64,000 bases of DNA, from the NCBI GenBank assembly GCA_030613005.1, contig JAUWMV010000004.1, forward strand, positions 29,211 to 93,210. The letters run 5' to 3'. This document shows, in pieces, positions 30,014-39,182 of the stretch. Below the pieces are notes generated by a model that made no database searches, was not told the origin of the DNA, and saw only the letters and a program-made list of their open reading frames with translations. Made by a program: the position numbers and the translations under genes. Source of the DNA: a bacterium (GTDB lineage Bacteria; UBP14; UBA6098; B30-G16). Numbering within the stretch: position 1 is the first letter of the stretch; the number at the start of each line of letters is the position of its first letter.

Positions 30014-30222
30014 CTCCCCTATTAATTAATCTATCTAAGATATAATATATATTTCAAAGATTTTGTTTTGGACAAATTAAGAAATAATATTTAAAATCAA
30101 CCTGAAAATTTTTCGTATATTATACCAAATATCTAATTATGCAGCAAAAAGAAATGGATTCCGAATGAATTTTGCTCTTTCAAATTAAGGAATTATATTT
30201 AATCAAAACAATCTAGGGGAAA

Positions 30223-31161
30223 ATGGACATATTTGAATATTCAAGGCTCTCAATTGAAGAAATTGCAAAAAGAATAGATAAAGCCAAACGCAATCTTGGA
30301 GCCGTTATTATTGCTCACAGCTATCAACGTATAGAAGTACAGCAGATTGCGGATATTGTTGGCGATTCTCTTGAACTTGCACGAGAGGTAGTAAATACCG
30401 ACGCACCTATAATTGTATTCTGTGGTGTAATGTTTATGGCTGAGACAGCCAAAATAATTAATCCCGACAAAGTTGTTTTAATTCCAGAGATTCAGGCAGG
30501 TTGTCCTTTAGCAGCTCATGCTACTGCTGAGGATCTTATAAGAATGAAAGGTAAATATCCTGGTTATAAAGTAGTAACATATATAAATTCTACTGCTGAA
30601 GTTAAATCTGTTTCAGATATTGCATGTACAAGTGCAAATTCTGTCAAGGTTGTAGAATCCTTCCCAAAAGAGCAGGGAATAATTTTCGTGCCAGATAAAA
30701 ATTTATGCGCATATACAAAGAGGATAACTGGTAGAGAAAACATTGTATGTTGGGATGGTCATTGCTACGTTCATGATAGAATTACTGCTCAAGAGATATT
30801 AAATGCAAGAAAAATGCATCCCGATGCAGTGATTATTGCACATCCGGAGGTTAACGCAGAAGTTCAGGAACTGTCGGATCTTATCGGTTCCACGAGCGTG
30901 ATGTATAGATATGTTCGAGATCACCCAAAACAAGCTGTGGTTCTTGTAACCGAATATGGTCTTATTCAACGTATTAACACTGAATTTCCGGGAACATCCG
31001 TGTATCCTATTCATGAGCATGCAATTTGCTCAAATATGAAATTAATAACACTTGAAAAAGTTCTTCGGACACTCGATGAACAAATTTACGAAATTAACAT
31101 ACCAAATGCAATTGCGAACCGAGCCAGAGTTGCAATAGATCGAATGTTAGCTATTAAGTGA
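30223..31161 (+). CDS. nadA: quinolinate synthase
   Basis: VFCGVMFMAETAKIINPDK, ACTSANS and the conserved Cys positions of NadA. 312 aa. Confidence 0.9.
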   Translation: MDIFEYSRLSIEEIAKRIDKAKRNLGAVIIAHSYQRIEVQQIADIVGDSLELAREVVNTDAPIIVFCGVMFMAETAKIINPDKVVLIPEIQAGCPLAAHATAEDLIRMKGKYPGYKVVTYINSTAEVKSVSDIACTSANSVKVVESFPKEQGIIFVPDKNLCAYTKRITGRENIVCWDGHCYVHDRITAQEILNARKMHPDAVIIAHPEVNAEVQELSDLIGSTSVMYRYVRDHPKQAVVLVTEYGLIQRINTEFPGTSVYPIHEHAICSNMKLITLEKVLRTLDEQIYEINIPNAIANRARVAIDRMLAIK

Positions 31162-31215
31162 TATTATTAATCGATTATTATATTTTTTTAATTATAAGTA
31201 ATTGGAGAAAAAAAG

Positions 31216-32526
31216 TTGAAAACTTACAAGGATGTTTCTTACTGTAAATATTGTGGTAGCAAACTCGAGAAACTGAACATTGAAGGACGAGAAAGAGATA
31301 TTTGCGCAAATCCAAATTGCAGTGCAATCTCATATAACAACCCAATTCCTGCAACTGCATTAATTGTACCTCACCCGCGTTTTGCAGAAAAGATACTACT
31401 CGTCAAACGAGCTTGTGAACCCGCAAAGGGGGAATATTGTCTTCCTGGAGGGTTTCAGGAAATCGATGAAACACCAGAACAGTGCGCAATCCGGGAACTT
31501 TGTGAGGAAACATGTCTTAAAGGAGAAGTAATTCTTCCTTTGGGACTAAAAATGCAATTTTCCCCACAATATTTTTGGGTGCTTTTAACCGGATATCAAA
31601 TGAAGATAACCTCAGATAAAATAAAACCTGGGGACGATGCCGAGGAAGCTGGTTTTTTCGATATTAATAATCTTCCTCCCATTGCATTCGAGGGTCACAC
31701 ATGGTTTTTGGAGCGTTATAAAGAGAAATGGGTTGAAACTAAGAAATCAACGATTAATGAAAAGAGTTCACTTCTTATTATGGACATGAAAGATCCTGCA
31801 AAGCGTTATCTTGTACCTATATCGCGCAAAAAGTTCTCCACAAAAGGAGGAACAATCGACCTGATGAGTCTTGTGGGTAGCGAATTTGGAAGAATTATCA
31901 AAACTCATCTTGGTGAAAAACTCTTAATCCTAAAACCAACTCTATACGATAACATAATGTTAGGTGTTAAAAGACAAACACAAATAATCTATCCAAAGGA
32001 TTCACCATACATAGCTCTATGGTTAGGTCTTAGGAATGGCTATAAAGTTTTCGAATGCGGTTCTGGTTCCGGAGCGATGACGATTGTTTTAGCTAATGCA
32101 GTCTCACCAAACGGGAAGGTTGTCTCCTACGAATCGGATGAACGCTTCTACAAATTAGCAAGAAAGAATATTGAAAAAAATGATCTTTCCAGTAGCGTCG
32201 ATTTTTATCTCAAAGACCTATCAGATGGAATAACTCATGGACCATTCGATGCTGGTTTCATCGACATAAAAGAACCCTGTGAACATCTGGAAATCATTTG
32301 GGGTGCATTAAAAGCATCTGCACCTATTGCGTTCGTTCTCCCAACAACAAATCAAATTTCCCAATTGCTTCAATCCCTGAAGGATTTTAATGGATTCACG
32401 GATATACAAGTTTGTGAATTGCTGTTACGATTCTATAAAACGGTGCCACAAAGACTGCGACCTAAAGATCGAATGGTTGCCCATACAGCTTATATGATAT
32501 TTGCACGGAAAATTTTGAAGGATTGA
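31216..32526 (+). CDS. fusion protein: N-terminal zinc-ribbon + Nudix hydrolase (NudC-like) + C-terminal TrmI/Gcd14-like tRNA (adenine-N1)-methyltransferase domain
   Basis: TTG start 8 nt after GGAG. CKYCGSKL...CANPNCS zinc ribbon. Nudix box GGFQEIDETPEQCAIRELCEETCL. C-terminal half has FECGSGSGAMTIVLANAVSPNGKVVSYESDERFYKLARKNIEKN (SAM-binding GxGxG plus the TrmI-type VVSYE/ARKN). Confidence 0.65.
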   Translation: MKTYKDVSYCKYCGSKLEKLNIEGRERDICANPNCSAISYNNPIPATALIVPHPRFAEKILLVKRACEPAKGEYCLPGGFQEIDETPEQCAIRELCEETCLKGEVILPLGLKMQFSPQYFWVLLTGYQMKITSDKIKPGDDAEEAGFFDINNLPPIAFEGHTWFLERYKEKWVETKKSTINEKSSLLIMDMKDPAKRYLVPISRKKFSTKGGTIDLMSLVGSEFGRIIKTHLGEKLLILKPTLYDNIMLGVKRQTQIIYPKDSPYIALWLGLRNGYKVFECGSGSGAMTIVLANAVSPNGKVVSYESDERFYKLARKNIEKNDLSSSVDFYLKDLSDGITHGPFDAGFIDIKEPCEHLEIIWGALKASAPIAFVLPTTNQISQLLQSLKDFNGFTDIQVCELLLRFYKTVPQRLRPKDRMVAHTAYMIFARKILKD

Positions 32527-32527
32527 T

Positions 32528-35437
32528 ATGCCCGGAATTACAGCACACTTTAACTTCGATCCTAAAACAATCAATCCGCAATGCATAACTATCGTACCCT
32601 ATAAATCAGATGAGCAAATAATTCTACAAAGGCTCGATGTTGATATCGCATCTGTAGGATGGAATATAATCACTATTAGAGAATTAATCGAGACTTTCAA
32701 AACCGAAATATTTTGGCCAATAGAGATTAGCGATATTCAATCTTTCGCAATTGCACACAGAATATTTTTAGAAAGCGATTTCCATAAAGAATTAGTCGAT
32801 CTACGAAAAAAGCCATCCTTTCCAAGAAAACTTATGGAATTTTTCCAGACTACTGATCAAGCTGGTATATTGGAGCATTTCGAAATTGATCGTTTATTAT
32901 GTTCAAGCAAACTCGGTCCGAGAACCAAAGAGGCATTAACCTTGTATAAAAAATTCCGAGAGGAATTAAGGAATAACGCCCTTGCCACCTATGATTATCT
33001 CTTCCATCTTGCCTTAAAAGCTGTAAAAAAAGGTCGTTTTCCACAATCGCTAAAATTTAAAGAAATAATCATTTTTTTTAACTTCATGGAATTCAACATT
33101 CCCCAACGAGAATTCGTAATGGAGCTTGGAAAAATTAAAAATGTGTCTCTTTGCTTTCCAATAGAATACTGCGATTATCCTGTTAGATGGCGAGAACCGA
33201 TTAACAACCTTTTGAATGAGTTTGGCATATATGTTAATGAAAACCGGATGAAATCACAAAAAGCTATTACTTTAGTGCTTAACGGTGAATATGAAAATCT
33301 AAAAGACAATATTCAATTTCTCCTTTTACCAGATCCCCAAAGAGAAGTTAGAATAGTTGCCAGATTAGCTAAATACTATACAATTAAAGATAAAATTGAT
33401 ACACAAGATATGTTAATCATAACTCCGGATACAGATGCATATAAATCCTTGTTATCCTTAGAATTAGGATTCGTAGGACTCGACTTTCCTGATCAAGCTT
33501 CTACCCATAATGAAGCAGATTTAGAAAATCTTTTTAGCAAACTTATGACAGCTGTAGCAAGCGATTGGCGTCGAGAAGAACTGATTCAATTATTCAAACA
33601 CCCAATTCTTCAAAAAGCATATCCCGAACTTGAAAGTAAATGGATAGAACAGTATACAGCTTTTAATAAGCTGATTGATATCAAGAGCTGGCAGGAAATA
33701 GAACTGGAAGATGAAAAAGCTATACAAATTCTCGAACTGATTGGAAAATTTGATTTCCTTAAAAACTTGATTCCAGCTAATAAGCTTGAATCGACAATGC
33801 AACACATCAGCAACATTTTGTCAATTCAAATTGGTATAGAATCGCTTCCGCAGTTAAAGGATGAGCTATCAGAGCAATGGTCACGAATTATTAATAACGC
33901 AAAAGAATTAGAAAAAGGTTATTGTAAATTAAAATTCACCGGTCTTGAGTTCCTGGCAATTCAACTTTCACTTCTAAAACGCAAGAAATTCAAGGCTATC
34001 TCAAGCAAAATAAGAATATTACCACCGCTTGAAGCAAGAGGTGTTAATGCCAAAATCATTTTTATTATCGGTTTTAATAGGAGCAATTATCCTCAAAGGC
34101 ACAACCCAAATCCTATTATAGACACAGATTATCGGGACATTTTTTCATTTATTTCCGACAAAGAAGGAATAAGTCGGATATCACTTATTCAATCTATGTG
34201 CCTTGCTGAAAAAGTTATTATTACTATACCTCAAACTAGCGGAGAGGATAATGATCTTGCCCTTTGTCATCCTATCGACGAGATAATGCGGTTCTGCGGC
34301 ATTTCGCTTGAAATGGCACAAAAGAAAGCAATAGAAATTTGGGACGAACTTGAAAATCTTGAAAGAAAAAAAGTATCTTCGACTCTCACACAAATACCGA
34401 ACGAGGACATTGTAAAATTGATTTCACCATATCAAATAGATCAACTTAAAGAAAATATTATTGCCAAAGGCTTGGGAATAGGAGAACTTGAAAAATATCA
34501 TATATGTCCATTATTATTTTTACTAAGCAAGAGTATAGGCAAACCAGAAACTGAAAAAATCACTTTAGAAACAAACTGGAGAATAATAGGAACTGCAATT
34601 CATGATGCATTAAAAGACTTTCTAAGTAAACGATTCATGAAAATCTTCAATGAGGAACCTTTTGGAAAAGGAATTCAATCTCAACGTAACAGATTACACA
34701 CAAGAGAATTAACACCATCTTTGTTGAAACAATTTATCAATAAATTTAAACTTAATAACCGTGAGAATTTCAATTGTTTTGCAGAGCAATTCTTTGGACA
34801 TTATGAAGAATTCGATGAATTAATTAGTGAATTAAGAAAATCTATTTTCTATAATTTTGAATTAATTTGGAAAACTGAGCCTTCTTTGTTGATTAATAAA
34901 GCAAGGTTCCTCTCGATGTTTACTGAAAAACAACTTAATGATATTCTTGAAAGTATTATTAACATTACAGGAGATGATGTTTGGTTGCCCATAGGATTCG
35001 AAGTGCCAATTCAAGAAAGGCGTGAAATCGATGGACATAAAATCCTAATAAAGGGTCGAATCGATAGAGTGGATTTGTCCTTTATAAATGATTTACCTTA
35101 TTTATGCATTATCGACTATAAAAGTTCTGATATTAATTCTGTATATGAATTCCAGCTTAACGCATATGGCACGATGCTATCGAGAGCAGGATTTGAAATT
35201 GATAATCTATCTTGTATATACAACCTTATTAGAGATGAGAAGGTTGGGCAAAAAGAATTTAAGTTTAATTATGAGTCGGCTTTTGATCCGCAAAACAAAC
35301 AAAAAAATATTGATGAAATACTATTCTCAATATGGGACTGCAAGTTCGATCCTTTGGAAAATAGGAATTGTAAAAGCTGTATTTACAAAAAACATTGCTC
35401 ACAGTCTAAATATGATAAATCGAAGCAGTTCGATTAA
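32528..35437 (+). CDS. AddB-like protein: degenerate helicase-like N-terminal region + C-terminal RecB/Cas4-type PD-(D/E)XK nuclease with Fe-S cysteines
   Basis: 969 aa. C-terminal motifs GRIDRVD (II), IIDYKSS (III), QLNAYGTML (QxxxY). One upstream Cys (HICP) plus CX2CX5C (CKSCIYKKHC), as in AddB/Cas4. No Walker A found in the N-terminal part. The start ATG is 1 nt after the upstream stop. Confidence 0.6.
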   Translation: MPGITAHFNFDPKTINPQCITIVPYKSDEQIILQRLDVDIASVGWNIITIRELIETFKTEIFWPIEISDIQSFAIAHRIFLESDFHKELVDLRKKPSFPRKLMEFFQTTDQAGILEHFEIDRLLCSSKLGPRTKEALTLYKKFREELRNNALATYDYLFHLALKAVKKGRFPQSLKFKEIIIFFNFMEFNIPQREFVMELGKIKNVSLCFPIEYCDYPVRWREPINNLLNEFGIYVNENRMKSQKAITLVLNGEYENLKDNIQFLLLPDPQREVRIVARLAKYYTIKDKIDTQDMLIITPDTDAYKSLLSLELGFVGLDFPDQASTHNEADLENLFSKLMTAVASDWRREELIQLFKHPILQKAYPELESKWIEQYTAFNKLIDIKSWQEIELEDEKAIQILELIGKFDFLKNLIPANKLESTMQHISNILSIQIGIESLPQLKDELSEQWSRIINNAKELEKGYCKLKFTGLEFLAIQLSLLKRKKFKAISSKIRILPPLEARGVNAKIIFIIGFNRSNYPQRHNPNPIIDTDYRDIFSFISDKEGISRISLIQSMCLAEKVIITIPQTSGEDNDLALCHPIDEIMRFCGISLEMAQKKAIEIWDELENLERKKVSSTLTQIPNEDIVKLISPYQIDQLKENIIAKGLGIGELEKYHICPLLFLLSKSIGKPETEKITLETNWRIIGTAIHDALKDFLSKRFMKIFNEEPFGKGIQSQRNRLHTRELTPSLLKQFINKFKLNNRENFNCFAEQFFGHYEEFDELISELRKSIFYNFELIWKTEPSLLINKARFLSMFTEKQLNDILESIINITGDDVWLPIGFEVPIQERREIDGHKILIKGRIDRVDLSFINDLPYLCIIDYKSSDINSVYEFQLNAYGTMLSRAGFEIDNLSCIYNLIRDEKVGQKEFKFNYESAFDPQNKQKNIDEILFSIWDCKFDPLENRNCKSCIYKKHCSQSKYDKSKQFD

Positions 35438-35479
35438 TTTGTGATATTAATTCTGAAATAGAAATATTGAATTGAGAAA

Positions 35480-36019
35480 TTATTTGGAAACCTTTGTTGA
35501 CGATTGAACGAGAACTCCTATAACAGTCAAAATTATGATGTATAAATACACACGGGTCGGTTGTTGGAAAGACAGTTCCAAAGGTGGAATACGCAAAATT
35601 CCCGATGTCATCATAACAGCCCCTAAAAGCGATGTTGCCACAATAACTATGAAGTTTTTCAGAAAAAACGCAAGTGCAATACCCATAAGAGCTAATACAA
35701 CACTTAGAACTTTCATTGGAATATCTGGAACCCAACTGAATAAAAGTGTAGCAAGAGACCATCCACCAAATCCACCAAGAACAATCAGAGCAATCCAGCT
35801 TGCTATACTAAAAAGAAACGAACCGACAATTCCCCCGATAACCACATAAAGAATTGATAAAATAATTGTTGGTCCGGTTGAAATTGCAATAACAAGCCCC
35901 AACAACGCACCTAATAAAAACCCAAGCAGAGGAATTGCTTTAAAAAAAAGTCTTCTCCCTGCAAAAAGAATCACGATCCCAAACAAAATTGCAAGGACTC
36001 TATAAAAAATATTTTCCAT
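35480..36019 (-). CDS. integral membrane protein, function unknown
   Basis: 179 aa with five to six predicted transmembrane helices, rich in G/L/I/V. Confidence 0.5.
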   Translation of the reverse strand: MENIFYRVLAILFGIVILFAGRRLFFKAIPLLGFLLGALLGLVIAISTGPTIILSILYVVIGGIVGSFLFSIASWIALIVLGGFGGWSLATLLFSWVPDIPMKVLSVVLALMGIALAFFLKNFIVIVATSLLGAVMMTSGILRIPPLELSFQQPTRVYLYIIILTVIGVLVQSSTKVSK

Positions 36020-36030
36020 TTAATTTTTTT

Positions 36031-36543
36031 TTATTTAGTAGGATTAATTTCTATAAGATTCCACTTAATATTCCGATTTTCAATCTCAATAATACCCCAT
36101 GTTCCTTTCTTGGAAAAGATATTTCCTGAAATAGCACCCGGATTTATCATCCTAACGTTGTCGATAAAAACATCCGATGGTCTATGAGAATGCCCAAAGA
36201 ATATAATATCGAAATTATAGTTCGGATAGGTTTCAGAGAGTCTTCGAAGGACTTTTTTACTCAATGCGATAGGCGATCCCCATCCATGATACAAACCAAT
36301 CCTAACATCCTCAATCTCAAATTTGAGAGTTTCGGGAAGAATATGGGTAATCTCAACATCATCCATGTTGCCATAAACACCACGAAAGTTCCCAAAATCC
36401 TTAAGAATATTAATAGTATTTAAATCGACATAATCACCACAGTGAATTATACCATCGAGATGACTAATTTTCCTAAGGACTATGGATGGAAATTTATGAA
36501 TTCTCTGACCAACATGGCTGTCAGAAAGCACAGCCAGTTTCAC
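36031..36543 (-). CDS. metallophosphoesterase (YfcE/MJ0936 family)
   Basis: GTG start. LSDSHVG, GDYVD, GNMD and FGHSH calcineurin-like phosphoesterase motifs. Confidence 0.7.
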   Translation of the reverse strand: MKLAVLSDSHVGQRIHKFPSIVLRKISHLDGIIHCGDYVDLNTINILKDFGNFRGVYGNMDDVEITHILPETLKFEIEDVRIGLYHGWGSPIALSKKVLRRLSETYPNYNFDIIFFGHSHRPSDVFIDNVRMINPGAISGNIFSKKGTWGIIEIENRNIKWNLIEINPTK

Positions 36544-36549
36544 TGCAGA

Positions 36550-36642
36550 TTACCTCTTCTTTTTATGTCTATCTCTTTTTCTACGCTTCTTGAATTTATG
36601 TCTCTTAACTTTTCGAAGCTTTCTCTTCCTGCCACAAGGCAT
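36550..36642 (-). CDS. small, extremely basic protein (30 aa; ribosomal-protein-like composition)
   Basis: MPCGRKRKLRKVKRHKFKKRRKRDRHKKKR. AAGGTGG lies 5 nt upstream of the ATG. Its stop is 7 nt before the GTG of the downstream phosphoesterase, and its last codons (aag aag agg) form that gene's ribosome-binding site. Not in the supplied ORF track (below 60 aa). Confidence 0.4.
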   Translation of the reverse strand: MPCGRKRKLRKVKRHKFKKRRKRDRHKKKR

Positions 36643-36808
36643 TAAAACCACCTTTACTTTTTACTTTTTCCTTCAAATCGGACACAAGAATAAGGATTTT
36701 ATTATATTTACGCAAGTTTTTTCTATATGATTTGTTCTGATAAATCTGAATTTCAAAATATTACACTTATACATATTAGTAATCGTAAGTCACAAAGATA
36801 TTGTCATT

Positions 36809-37189
36809 TTATGAAGTTTCATAAAAAGCATTAACAAAATGGTCAATTTTTTTATTCTTAAAATCCACAGTTATAACATCGAAACGAACAGGAACATCAT
36901 GAATGTTATTCTCAAATAAGTATTTCTTTGCAGCTGAAATCAGATGAGACTGTTTTTTTTCATCAACCCATTCAGCAGGATGCCCAAAAGCTCCTGAGCT
37001 AGCAGACTTGACCTCCACGAAAACTATTGTATCGTTATCCTTTGCTATAATATCTATTTCTCCGCTTCTAAAACGGAAATTTTGCATAATAATAGAAAAA
37101 CCTTTCTTCTCAAGGAATTCTGCAGCTACCATTTCACCTTTATGTCCAAGAGATTGCCTATGTGAAGACATTCGCTTATCCATTTTCAT
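36809..37189 (-). CDS. yraN: YraN-family (UPF0102) endonuclease-like protein
   Basis: GHKGEMVAAEFLEKKGFSII...GEIDIIA...IVFVEVK pattern. Confidence 0.7.
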   Translation of the reverse strand: MKMDKRMSSHRQSLGHKGEMVAAEFLEKKGFSIIMQNFRFRSGEIDIIAKDNDTIVFVEVKSASSGAFGHPAEWVDEKKQSHLISAAKKYLFENNIHDVPVRFDVITVDFKNKKIDHFVNAFYETS

Positions 37190-37228
37190 TACCGTTGATT
37201 TTTGGTCAATGCCCTTTAATTACTATTA

Positions 37229-38107
37229 TTAATTCGATATAGAGATTTTCTGCCAGATATCTTTAGCCATAAAAGAGCTCCTCACAAGTGGTCCTGCAAA
37301 TACTTTTATAAATTGGAGATTTGTCTCACCGAAATTTTCATATTCCTTAAATTGGTCCGGAGTAACATATCTTTCGACTGGAAGATGATTAGAACTGGGT
37401 TGAAGATATTGACCAATAGTAAGAACTTGCACACCAGAAGCTTTGAGGTCTCTCATTAGTTCGAAAATCTCCTTATCAGTCTCGCCAAGACCAACCATAA
37501 AACCGGATTTAATTACTGAATTGTATTTCCTTGAAACATATTTAAGCACATTAAGCGAACGTGAATAATCAGCCTGCGGTCTTACAATAGAATAAAGCCT
37601 CGAAACTGTTTCAATATTGTGATTAAAAACATCCGGATTCGTTTTGAGAACTGTGTCCAAGGCTTTATGATTGCCTTTAAAGTCCGGCGTGAGTATCTCA
37701 ATCCGTATACCTGGGATTTCATTTCGGAGCTCGATAACAGCTTCTGCAAAAACAAATGCTCCTCCATCTGGAAGGTCATCACGTGTTACAGATGTAATAA
37801 CCACATATGAAAGTCCTAAATCTCGGACTGCGTTAGCAATTTTGTGGGGTTCATCCGGATCTAGGGATTTCGGTGCACCAGAAAGAATAGCACAAAATCT
37901 ACATGATCTGGTACAGACATCGCCCATTATTAAAAAAGTAGCCTGACCATTAGCATAACAAATGTTTCTGTTAGGGCATTTAGCTTCTAAGCAAACAGTA
38001 TTTAAGCCATATTTTTCTAAGGTCTTAATTACATTACCCAATTCTGAGGAGGAAAGCAGTTTCCTCTTGAGCCATTCCGGCTTTCGTAATATCTTCATAT
38101 CGAACAA
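37229..38107 (-). CDS. lipA: lipoyl synthase
   Basis: CEAKCPNRNICY (auxiliary cluster) and CTRSCRFCA (radical-SAM CX3CX2C). 292 aa. Confidence 0.9.
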   Translation of the reverse strand: MFDMKILRKPEWLKRKLLSSSELGNVIKTLEKYGLNTVCLEAKCPNRNICYANGQATFLIMGDVCTRSCRFCAILSGAPKSLDPDEPHKIANAVRDLGLSYVVITSVTRDDLPDGGAFVFAEAVIELRNEIPGIRIEILTPDFKGNHKALDTVLKTNPDVFNHNIETVSRLYSIVRPQADYSRSLNVLKYVSRKYNSVIKSGFMVGLGETDKEIFELMRDLKASGVQVLTIGQYLQPSSNHLPVERYVTPDQFKEYENFGETNLQFIKVFAGPLVRSSFMAKDIWQKISISN

Positions 38108-38140
38108 GTAGATTGCAATTAACTAATATGTCAATAACAA

Positions 38141-39097
38141 ATGGAATTTGAAATAATAAATGCAATTCGAAAACGCTATCCTCGATACATCGGGGATGAC
38201 TGTGCTGTATTAGATTGTGCAAATGAAAAACTGCTTCTAACAACGGATGAAGTTGTAGAATCGATACATTTTAACTTCAAATATTTTTCGTTAGAGGATA
38301 TAGGCTATAAAGCTGCCTCGTCCGCAACCTCCGATATAGCTGCTATGGGTGGAAAAGTCCATGGAATACTTGTATCTCTCTCAATTCCTGTGGACACTAA
38401 TAAAACTGAAATAATGCGTCTTTTTGATGGTATTGAACTTTTTTGTCAACCACCATCCATAGAGATCCTTGGAGGTAATATAACGAATAGTGAACAAGGT
38501 TTGCACATTGCTATAACAGCAATAGGTTCGGTAATAAAACCAATATTTCGAAGTGGAGCTCGTGAAGGTGATGAAATTTGGATTACAGGAGCATTGGGTG
38601 GATCACTTGCTGGACTATCAGTCCTGAAGAATCCATCTTTAGGCATCGAGCTAACTAAACTGGAATATGATTTAATAACTATACGTCACAGAAAGCCAAC
38701 CTCGAGGCTACTTGCAGGAGAAATGCTAGGTTCTCTCAGTATTCACTCCCTTATAGACCTTTCGGACGGTTTTCAGGCTGATCTTAATCACATATTGGAT
38801 GATTCAAAAGTCGGAGCAGAAATTAAGTTGGAAAAACTTCTCCTTTTCCCGGGAGTAGAAAAAATTTCCAATTCACTTAAAATTTCACCTTATATATTTG
38901 CTGCAACAAGCGGTGAGGAATACGAGCTTATTTTCACCACACAAGCCGGACAAGGTGAGGAAATTGCAAAAAAACTTCTAAATGAATTGGATATTCCTAC
39001 AACAATGGTTGGACATGTGACTGCCGATCAAATAAAAACAAGTCTCTTTGGTGAGTTAATAGATCCTAAAGAGTTAGCAGGATGGGAACACATTTAG
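38141..39097 (+). CDS. thiL: thiamine-monophosphate kinase
   Basis: AIR-synthase-related fold: IGDDCAVL, LTTDEVVESIHF, SDIAAMGG. 318 aa. Confidence 0.8.
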   Translation: MEFEIINAIRKRYPRYIGDDCAVLDCANEKLLLTTDEVVESIHFNFKYFSLEDIGYKAASSATSDIAAMGGKVHGILVSLSIPVDTNKTEIMRLFDGIELFCQPPSIEILGGNITNSEQGLHIAITAIGSVIKPIFRSGAREGDEIWITGALGGSLAGLSVLKNPSLGIELTKLEYDLITIRHRKPTSRLLAGEMLGSLSIHSLIDLSDGFQADLNHILDDSKVGAEIKLEKLLLFPGVEKISNSLKISPYIFAATSGEEYELIFTTQAGQGEEIAKKLLNELDIPTTMVGHVTADQIKTSLFGELIDPKELAGWEHI

Positions 39098-39182
39098 ATT
39101 AAAAAGCTTTTTATATTATTTAAATTAAAGTTTTTATCCTCCATAATAGAATTTATGTAGGATATAAATTTTCTTCCTTTCT

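Noticed and set aside
35088-35849. ORFs 35088..35444 (+), 35406..35762 (-) and 35535..35849 (+)
   Set aside because: They overlap the 3' end of the 969-aa nuclease gene or lie antisense to the well-formed multi-transmembrane protein gene. They have low-complexity, codon-bias-inconsistent translations.
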